Source of the DNA: Methanobacteriaceae archaeon
GTDB lineage: Archaea; Methanobacteriota; Methanobacteria; Methanobacteriales; Methanobacteriaceae
Assembly (NCBI GenBank): GCA_003558085.1
Contig: PWMT01000039.1
Span: 1 to 60,275 of the forward strand
Length of the DNA stretch: 60,275 nucleotides
Reading direction: 5' to 3'
This document shows, one piece after another, positions 53,354-60,275 of the stretch (positions within the stretch are counted from its first letter, which is position 1; the number at the start of each line of letters is the position of its first letter). Under the pieces are notes generated by a model. The model was not told the origin of the DNA. It saw only the letters and a list, made by a program, of their open reading frames with translations, and did not search any database. The position numbers were made by a program, and so were the translations under genes.

Positions 53354-53370
53354 GAAAATCTTTATATAAA
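53354..53370 (+). promoter_or_regulatory. BRE-TATA promoter for the aksA operon
   Basis: GAAAATC-TTTATATAAA about 125 nt upstream of the TTG at 53494. Confidence 0.55.
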
Positions 53371-53493
53371 CATGGAAGTAATTTTTAATCTAATCAACTA
53401 ATGGATTTAATTAGTAAACAATTCCAAGGATAAATGAATGAATCCACTTTTCAATTCTTGGTTAGAAAATGATAAAAATAAGGTGGGGTACAC

Positions 53494-54669
53494 TTGAACT
53501 ATTTCGTTAGCCCTTTTAACAAGGAAATTAAGCTTAATTTTCCAAAAAATATTACAATATATGATACCACCCTTAGAGATGGAGAACAAACCCCTGGTGT
53601 TTGTTTAGGAACGCCTGAAAAGCTAGAAATTGCTAAAAAATTAGATGAACTGAAAATACATCAAATTGAAGTCGGATTTCCAATTGTATCTAAACAAGAA
53701 GAAAATTCAGTGCGTACTATTGCCAATGAAGGCCTAGATGCAGATATTCTTGTTCTATCCCGTACTAAGAAAGAGGACATCGATGTAGCTATAGATTGTG
53801 GGGTTGACGGAATAATCACTTTCATGGGAACTTCTGATTTGCACCTGGAACATAAGTTGAAATTGAGCAGAGAACAAGCACTAAACGTGTGCATGCAATC
53901 TATTGAACATGCCAAAGATCATGGAATTTTTGTTGCCTTCTCAGCCGAAGATGCTACCCGTACTGATTTTGATTTTCTCAAAAGGATTTATAAAAAAGCA
54001 GAAGATTATGGGGTGGATAGGGTACATATTGCAGATACCGTCGGAGCTATTAATCCTCAGGGGATGGAATTTTTAGTAACAGAATTAAGATCTCACTTAA
54101 AAACAGAAATTGGGTTACATTGTCATAATGATTTTGGTTTTGCTCTATCAAACTGTATATCTGGGTTATTAGCTGGTGCTAATGCCATTTCTACTACTAT
54201 GAATGGTATTGGTGAAAGAGCAGGTAACACTCCCTTAGAAGAAATTGTTATGGCTCTTAAAATAATGTATGGAATAGATTTAGGATTCAAAATTAAAGTA
54301 TTTCATGATCTTTCCCGGCTGGTAGAAAAGCATACGCAAATGTTGGTTCCAAAAAATAAACCCATAGTAGGTAAAAACGTTTTCAGACATGAATCTGGAA
54401 TTCATGTAGATGCGGTAATAGAAGAGCCTTTGACTTATGAACCTTTTCTACCTGAATTAATAGGACATCATCGTCGTATTGTTCTAGGAAAACATTCAGG
54501 TTGCAGAGCAGTTAAAGCAAAGCTTGAAGCTTGTGGAATTGAAGTTTCAAAAGATGAATTATGTAGGATCGTGGAAGAAATAAAAAAAAGTCGAGAAGAA
54601 GGCCGCTATATAAATGATGAATTATTCAATCAAATTGTAAAGACGGTAAGAGGTCCAGTTGATATTTAG
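53494..54669 (+). CDS. aksA: Methanogen homocitrate synthase (coenzyme B pathway)
   Basis: DTTLRDGEQ, HCHNDFG, GIGERAGN and HESGIH; lacks the LeuA regulatory domain; followed by an aconitase-family large subunit. Confidence 0.82.
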   Translation: MNYFVSPFNKEIKLNFPKNITIYDTTLRDGEQTPGVCLGTPEKLEIAKKLDELKIHQIEVGFPIVSKQEENSVRTIANEGLDADILVLSRTKKEDIDVAIDCGVDGIITFMGTSDLHLEHKLKLSREQALNVCMQSIEHAKDHGIFVAFSAEDATRTDFDFLKRIYKKAEDYGVDRVHIADTVGAINPQGMEFLVTELRSHLKTEIGLHCHNDFGFALSNCISGLLAGANAISTTMNGIGERAGNTPLEEIVMALKIMYGIDLGFKIKVFHDLSRLVEKHTQMLVPKNKPIVGKNVFRHESGIHVDAVIEEPLTYEPFLPELIGHHRRIVLGKHSGCRAVKAKLEACGIEVSKDELCRIVEEIKKSREEGRYINDELFNQIVKTVRGPVDI

Positions 54670-54764
54670 AATTGTTTTTCCTGATATAATTTAAGCATTG
54701 GTTATTAGTCATTCACCTAGAATAAACAGTTATTCACCATATAATCCATCTAAGAGGTGTAAAA

Positions 54765-56015
54765 ATCAATATCACTGAAAAAATTTTAGCCCAGGCAGCT
54801 TCCAAGAGAGAAGTTGTCCCTGGAGAAATAATAGAAGCCGGGGTAGATTTGGCTATGAGTCACGATGGGACTTCTCCACCTACCATAAAAACTTTTAATA
54901 AAATTGCCAAAGAAGTTTGGGATCCTCAAAAAATAGTTATTGTGTATGATCATAATATACCTGCTAATAATATTGGTTCCGCGGAATTCCAGCGTATAAC
55001 TAGACATTTTGCTCGTGAACAAGGCATTAAAAATATTTATACTCATGGCGAAGGTATCTGTCATCATGTATTGCCTGAAAAAGGGTTTGTAGAACCTGGA
55101 AAAGTTATTGTAGGTGCTGATTCTCATACTTGTACTTATGGTGCATTTGGTGCATTTGCCACAGGTATGGGTGCTACTGACATGGCAATGGTTTATGCCA
55201 CTGGAAAAACGTGGTTCATGATTCCAGAATCATATAGGCTAGAAACAACTGGTTCCCTCCATGATTATACAACTCCCAAAGATTTAATATTACATATTAT
55301 TGGCCACATTGGCGCAGATGGTGCAACATATAAGGCAGTAGAATTTACTGGCGAAACTATAGATAATATGGATGTAAATGGGAGGATGACTATTTGTAAT
55401 ATGGTTGTGGAAATGGGTGCCAAAAATGGTATAATGGAACCTAATAAACCTACCATTAAATTTTTACAAGATAGAATTCTTCATAAATTCCAGCTTAGTT
55501 ATAGTGATAAAGATGCTGAATATGAAAAAGAATTTTATTTTGATGTGGAATCTTTAGAACCTCAAATTGCATGTCCGCATGATGTGGATAATGTAAAACC
55601 TTTAAATCAAGTTAAAGGAATCCCTATTGATCAAGCGTTCCTTGGATCATGCACCAATGGCAGTTATAATGATTTAAAAGAAGCTGCAGAAATTTTAGAG
55701 GGAAATAAGGTTCATGATGATGTAAGGATGATTGTGGTCCCTGCTTCTGCAGAAGCATATAATCAGGCAATCCAAAAAAATCTAGTCACTATTTTTATAG
55801 AATCAGGGGCTATGGTATGCAATCCTGGTTGTGGGCCCTGTTTAGGGGCGCATATGGGTGTTTTAGCTCCAGGAGAAGTAAGTATTTCTACTACTAATCG
55901 TAATTTTAAGGGGCGCATGGGCCATCCTGATTCAGAAGTATATTTAGCAAATCCAGCAGTTGTGGCATCTTCTGCCATTGAGGGAGAAATTACTCATCCT
56001 TCTGATTTATTTTAA
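54765..56015 (+). CDS. aksD: Homoaconitase large subunit (LeuC-family)
   Basis: xNITEKILA N-terminus, GEGICH, GADSHT, GSCTN, CGPCLG and NRNF.GRMG. The in-frame extension beyond the ORF-track start begins at ATC after a GAGGTG RBS. Confidence 0.82.
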   Translation: MNITEKILAQAASKREVVPGEIIEAGVDLAMSHDGTSPPTIKTFNKIAKEVWDPQKIVIVYDHNIPANNIGSAEFQRITRHFAREQGIKNIYTHGEGICHHVLPEKGFVEPGKVIVGADSHTCTYGAFGAFATGMGATDMAMVYATGKTWFMIPESYRLETTGSLHDYTTPKDLILHIIGHIGADGATYKAVEFTGETIDNMDVNGRMTICNMVVEMGAKNGIMEPNKPTIKFLQDRILHKFQLSYSDKDAEYEKEFYFDVESLEPQIACPHDVDNVKPLNQVKGIPIDQAFLGSCTNGSYNDLKEAAEILEGNKVHDDVRMIVVPASAEAYNQAIQKNLVTIFIESGAMVCNPGCGPCLGAHMGVLAPGEVSISTTNRNFKGRMGHPDSEVYLANPAVVASSAIEGEITHPSDLF

Positions 56016-56070
56016 ATAATTTACAATATAATGCCTAGAATTTGTATTATTTAAAAAAGAGGTTGGTTCA

Positions 56071-56610
56071 ATGGATTCTAATATCATGCAAGAGATAAAT
56101 AGGCTGGAAAAATTTATTGGGGATTTATCCAATACTCAAAAGATTTTATTAGCTACTGATGGTTCTGTAACTACTATTCTGGATGTTTTAAAGGGAAGAG
56201 TTAATATAAACACCTTGGCCCAGGAATTCCGCCCTGCTAATACACAAATATCTCGAGAACTAGATATAGAAAAAGGAGAGCTAGTTAATTATAGAGTAGT
56301 AATTATAGGCACAGATGAACCATTAATACACGCTATATCATATATTCCTCTAAATAGAATCAATAATAATTTTAAAGAAGATATAATTAGAGCGGATATC
56401 CCTATTGGCCGTATATTAAAAAAACATCGAGTTGAATCACGTAGGGAAATTAAATCAGTGGATGTGGAAGAACCATCAGCAGATATTCAATCAATTTTCA
56501 ATACAGATTCTCTCATGCTCACCCGAACCTATAACATTATTCGACAAGATAAAATTCTAATTCGCATAAAAGAAACATTTCCAGCAACCCTTTTCGAAAA
56601 CGAAAGATAG
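56071..56610 (+). CDS. UbiC/UTRA-fold chorismate lyase-like protein (DUF98)
   Basis: LLATDGSVT..L, VNYR.V, PIGRIL..H..ESRREI, R.YNII and I.E.FP motifs. Confidence 0.78.
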   Translation: MDSNIMQEINRLEKFIGDLSNTQKILLATDGSVTTILDVLKGRVNINTLAQEFRPANTQISRELDIEKGELVNYRVVIIGTDEPLIHAISYIPLNRINNNFKEDIIRADIPIGRILKKHRVESRREIKSVDVEEPSADIQSIFNTDSLMLTRTYNIIRQDKILIRIKETFPATLFENER

Positions 56611-56619
56611 GTGTTTATA

Positions 56620-57606
56620 ATGGGAGTTAAATTTAAAGACATTGCTTCTCCAAAAAAAATTACCATTAAAGATTTAGATGGTAAAATTATAGCCATAGAT
56701 GCTGCTAATACATTGTATCAGTTTTTATCAAGTATTAGGCAGAGAGATGGAACTCCATTAATGGATAAAAGTGGTAGAGTTACTTCTCATTTAAGTGGCA
56801 TACTTTACCGGACCTCAGCTATGGTAGAGAAAGGTATAAAACCAGTGTTTGTTTTTGATGGTATTTCCCATGATTTAAAGGGAGAAACAATAACTAAAAG
56901 AAGCGAAATCCGACGTGAATCAGAAAAAAAATGGAAAAAAGCTTTAAAAAAAGGTGATATTGAAGAAGCACGCAAATATGCAGTTAGATCTTCTAGAATG
57001 TCTCCTGAAATTGTTAAAACTTCTAAAAAACTTTTAAATTTAATGGGAATACCATTCATTCAAGCTATTAATGAAGGTGAGGCACAAGCATCCTATATGG
57101 TTCAAAAAGGAGATGCTTGGGCAGTTGCTTCACAAGATTATGATTGTTTATTATTTGGAGCTACTCGGATAGTAAGAAATCTAACTATAAGTGGTAATTT
57201 AGCAGAATTAGAACTCTTAGAATTAGAGAATTTGCTTTCTAAATTGGATGTTTCTAGAGAACAATTAATAGATGTTGCAATTTTAGCTGGAACTGATTTT
57301 AATCCAGGTGTAAAAGGGATAGGAGCCAAAAAGGGAATTCAGATAATCAAGAATCATCAAAATCTTAGGAATGCCTTAGATAAATTGGAATTAGATTTAA
57401 AAATTGACCCCCAGGTTTTAAGAGATATTTTTTTAAAGCCAAAAGTTATTGATGATTATCAACTCAAATGGGAAGCTTATGATCAGGAAGGGTTGATTGA
57501 TTTTTTATGTGGTGAACATGATTTTTCGCAAGAGCGTGTCCTCGGAGCCCTTAAAAAATTAAAACAATTAGAAAATACTCAAAAAAGTCTAGAGGATTGG
57601 TTTTAG
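56620..57606 (+). CDS. fen: Flap endonuclease-1
   Basis: MGV, IDA.N.LYQF, TSHLSG, VFDG, EGEAQ, SQDYD, GTDFN and C-terminal PIP box QKSLEDWF. Confidence 0.96.
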   Translation: MGVKFKDIASPKKITIKDLDGKIIAIDAANTLYQFLSSIRQRDGTPLMDKSGRVTSHLSGILYRTSAMVEKGIKPVFVFDGISHDLKGETITKRSEIRRESEKKWKKALKKGDIEEARKYAVRSSRMSPEIVKTSKKLLNLMGIPFIQAINEGEAQASYMVQKGDAWAVASQDYDCLLFGATRIVRNLTISGNLAELELLELENLLSKLDVSREQLIDVAILAGTDFNPGVKGIGAKKGIQIIKNHQNLRNALDKLELDLKIDPQVLRDIFLKPKVIDDYQLKWEAYDQEGLIDFLCGEHDFSQERVLGALKKLKQLENTQKSLEDWF

Positions 57607-57677
57607 TTTTTAGAAATTAAATTTTTTAGTAAGAGATTAAGCACTGCTTTATTAATTTTCATGTTTCTATTTAAAAA

Positions 57678-58325
57678 CTAAAACGGAGGATATTCCCCAA
57701 AGAATTCACGAGCATATTTACGAGCCCTTTCTACTTGCAAAGGATATTTTTCACTCATTTTATTTTCTAGATCTTTTCTATCCTGTGCAAGCGCAATTTT
57801 TTTTAGAATATCAACATATAAATCGAAGGCTAATTTGGGTTTCAAGTTTAATTCTTGATCAAAACTAAGATCCTGATTATTTATGCAAGGCATTTCCAGA
57901 GTTAAACAAACATCTTCTCTTTTAAATAAACTAGTGCGAATAAAAGGTGATACTGAACCAATAAGCACCCCTTTTTCCAGTTCTATAAGAGGAGGAACCC
58001 CAATTTTTTCCTTACGCTGAAGGTCAGTTAAGGATATATAGCTTTCTTCATGATAACAGTGGGGCTCCACATAAACCTCTGGTTTATAATATCGGATTAA
58101 GCGTACTATTTCTTTACCAATAGGGGTTTGATAGTATTTTTTATCAAGAGTAGAAATATATTTGCTAGTATCACAATTGTAAATTATGAGTTTGCCCTCT
58201 TGTACATCTCTACTTTGAATTTTTTTTAAAGCATGAATAGTACTTAATCCTTCTTTGCCATGTACTCCACCTACAAAAAGTCTGGTGGGGCCTTTTCCTT
58301 TATCAATAAGTCGAAAAAAACTCAT
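57678..58325 (-). CDS. DUF2119-like conserved methanogen protein (zinc carboxypeptidase-like motifs)
   Basis: GGVHGKEG, KYISTL, E.HCY, GVPPL.ELE and TLE motifs. Confidence 0.7.
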   Translation of the reverse strand: MSFFRLIDKGKGPTRLFVGGVHGKEGLSTIHALKKIQSRDVQEGKLIIYNCDTSKYISTLDKKYYQTPIGKEIVRLIRYYKPEVYVEPHCYHEESYISLTDLQRKEKIGVPPLIELEKGVLIGSVSPFIRTSLFKREDVCLTLEMPCINNQDLSFDQELNLKPKLAFDLYVDILKKIALAQDRKDLENKMSEKYPLQVERARKYAREFFGEYPPF

Positions 58326-58356
58326 ATTATCTCTGGATACATTATTTAAGATGAAA

Positions 58357-59610
58357 TCATGTGCCTTCTTCCCAGTTATTTAAGTATTCGACTTGTCGTT
58401 GACTTAATTCATCAATTTCCAATCCCATGGCCTTAAGTTTTAGCTGGGCAACATTGACATCGATCTCATCTGGAGCCCGATATACTCCAGGATTCAATTT
58501 TTTTTCTAATAAATAGTTTGCTGAAAGTGCTTGCATAGAGAAACTAAGATCCATTATTTCTGCAGGATGTCCCTGTGCTTTTTCAGTAGCTAAATTTACT
58601 AAACGTCCTTCTGCTAAAAGATAAAATCTTCTTCCATCTTTCATAACAAATTCTTCAATATCTTCTTTAACTTTAGCATAACTGTGGCAAGTTTCTAGCA
58701 GATAATTCCTATTGATTTCCACATTGAAGTGTCCGGAGTTAGCCATAATACAACCATCTTTCATGAACTGGAAATCATCCCCAGAGACTACATCAATATT
58801 CCCGGTGGCAGTGATCAGTATATCAGCATGTTTAACCGCATCTTTAATTTTCATTACTCTAAATCCGTCCATTTTAGCTTCTAATGCCCTAATAGGATCT
58901 ACTTCAGTTACTATTACATTTGATCCTAGACCAGATGCCCTAGTAGCTATTCCTCGACCACACCATCCGTAACCACAAACTACAGCTGTTTTACCAGCAA
59001 TAAGTATATTAGTGGCACCCATAATAGAATCAAAAGTAGATTGACCAGTTCCATACCTATTGTCAAATAAATATTTAGTATAAGCATCATTAACAGCCAT
59101 AATTGGAAATTTAAGAGCTTTATCATCAGCCATTGCTTTCAATCGATGTATTCCCGTGGTGGTTTCTTCACATGCTCCTTTTATTCTTTTTATCAGTTCG
59201 TTGCGCTCGCGATGGACTAGAAATATCATGTCGGCTCCATCGTCGATGAGAATATCTGGATCATGATCTAATACACGATGAATGTTTTGATAGTATTCTT
59301 GGTTATTTTCTCCTCGCCAACCATACATATTTAATCCTAAATCAGCACCAGCTGCAGTAGCATCATCCTGAGTGGATAAAGGATTACATCCAGTCATGGC
59401 TACTTCGGCCCCTCCTGCTTGAAGGGTAAGTCCCAAGTTTATAGTCTTTGGCTCTAAATGTAGACAGGAAGCTATTGTGATACCTTCAAAAGGTTTAGTT
59501 TCTTCAAATTCTTTTTTTATATGTTCAAGAACCGGCATATGTTTCTGTACCCATTTTATCTTTTTCTTTCCTTGGGGGGCCAAGTTAATGTCTTTCACTT
59601 CGTAGGGCAT
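58357..59610 (-). CDS. ahcY: Adenosylhomocysteinase
   Basis: CLHLE, GCNPLSTQD, EETTTG, FDNRYGTGQS, GYGWCGRG and GRLVNL...GHP; start MPYEVKD has a GGTGA RBS. Confidence 0.96.
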   Translation of the reverse strand: MPYEVKDINLAPQGKKKIKWVQKHMPVLEHIKKEFEETKPFEGITIASCLHLEPKTINLGLTLQAGGAEVAMTGCNPLSTQDDATAAGADLGLNMYGWRGENNQEYYQNIHRVLDHDPDILIDDGADMIFLVHRERNELIKRIKGACEETTTGIHRLKAMADDKALKFPIMAVNDAYTKYLFDNRYGTGQSTFDSIMGATNILIAGKTAVVCGYGWCGRGIATRASGLGSNVIVTEVDPIRALEAKMDGFRVMKIKDAVKHADILITATGNIDVVSGDDFQFMKDGCIMANSGHFNVEINRNYLLETCHSYAKVKEDIEEFVMKDGRRFYLLAEGRLVNLATEKAQGHPAEIMDLSFSMQALSANYLLEKKLNPGVYRAPDEIDVNVAQLKLKAMGLEIDELSQRQVEYLNNWEEGT

Positions 59611-60275
59611 TTTATCACCATTTTCCAATGACTTATTTAGAATATTATTTTAATTATAATACTTTGGCTTTAAGCAATTTCTTAAAGATTTAAAATTATT
59701 TTATTACTTGAAAATATCATTTTTTAATAATAATCAAATATAAGAAAATTTGAGCTTATAGTTATTAATAATTTAAATAATTTCTACTAGATCTAATCAT
59801 TTATCCTTAAGGGATTATGAAAGGAATTATGCTTTAACTTTATAATATATTTGTGAGGGAGCTGATCTTTTTTTCCATCTTATACTAAAAATATAGAAAA
59901 TATCTCCCTAAAAAACACCAAAATCTTTTTTTAGATAGATCTCCTTTTATAATTATAATTATTTATAAGATTTTTACTTTTTTTAAATATTTAGGCTAAT
60001 ATCTTTCCTATTTTTGCTAGGAATCTTCATAAAATGAAATTTCAAAAAAAATACTATTTATTAATCCTTTTGATAGTTAAAATGAATAGGATAAATATTT
60101 TACCGATAATGTTTTTGGCAAAATATAATCTAAATTTAATAATATTATTTAATAAACAGGGTGTCTGATTTGTGGTGAAAATTTCCTGTTTGTCTAAGCT
60201 TGTTTTCACATTTTGTTATATAATCAGTTGTTCCCCGGTAAAAGTACAGTCGGATATTTTGTATATATTAGAATA

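Noticed and set aside
53407..53589. 60-aa minus-strand ORF over the aksA start
   Set aside because: Overlaps aksA antisense and its leader; no recognisable features.
1031..58972. Numerous 60-135 aa ORFs overlapping assigned genes (e.g. 5640-5972, 9089-9463, 42047-42433, 45489-45896, 54786-55127)
   Set aside because: They lie antisense or out of frame within well-supported genes and have no motifs or RBS.
59611..60160. SAM/SAH riboswitch or hidden gene upstream of ahcY
   Set aside because: Very AT-rich, with no recognisable aptamer core and no credible ORF.

Overview
AT-rich (roughly 30% GC by eye) archaeal chromosomal segment. Gene content, gene order and GGAGG/GGTGA ribosome-binding sites point to a methanogen of the Methanobacteriales (Methanobacterium-like). 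It is mostly conserved core genome: thiC (5'-truncated), DNA ligase, two phosphohexomutases, glmU, apgM, hisC, rps3ae, rtcB-archease, a cdc6 paralog, mptE, acs, the rnp4-rps19e-rpl39e-rpl31e-aIF6-rpl18a-pfdA-ftsY cluster, thi4, aglB, topA, serB, tbp, aksA/aksD, fen and ahcY, plus a few small accessory insertions. I found no rRNA, tRNA, CRISPR array, transposase or prophage, and no large novel multi-gene system that I can support. The best leads are smaller: (1) a methanoredoxin plus ferredoxin:disulfide reductase-like operon; (2) an ASCH-TPR fusion keeping YqfB-type catalytic residues; (3) a 59-aa membrane microprotein missed by the ORF track and a 59-aa zinc-finger microprotein; (4) a perfect 12-2-12 palindrome before a frameshifted SBF/Acr3-superfamily transporter; (5) an apparent ATC start for aksD; (6) a single in-frame TAA in the DRG GTPase; and (7) a window-wide run of G:C-site substitutions at normally conserved residues, which is either an assembly artefact or genome erosion. 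All homology statements are from recalled family motifs, not from database searches.
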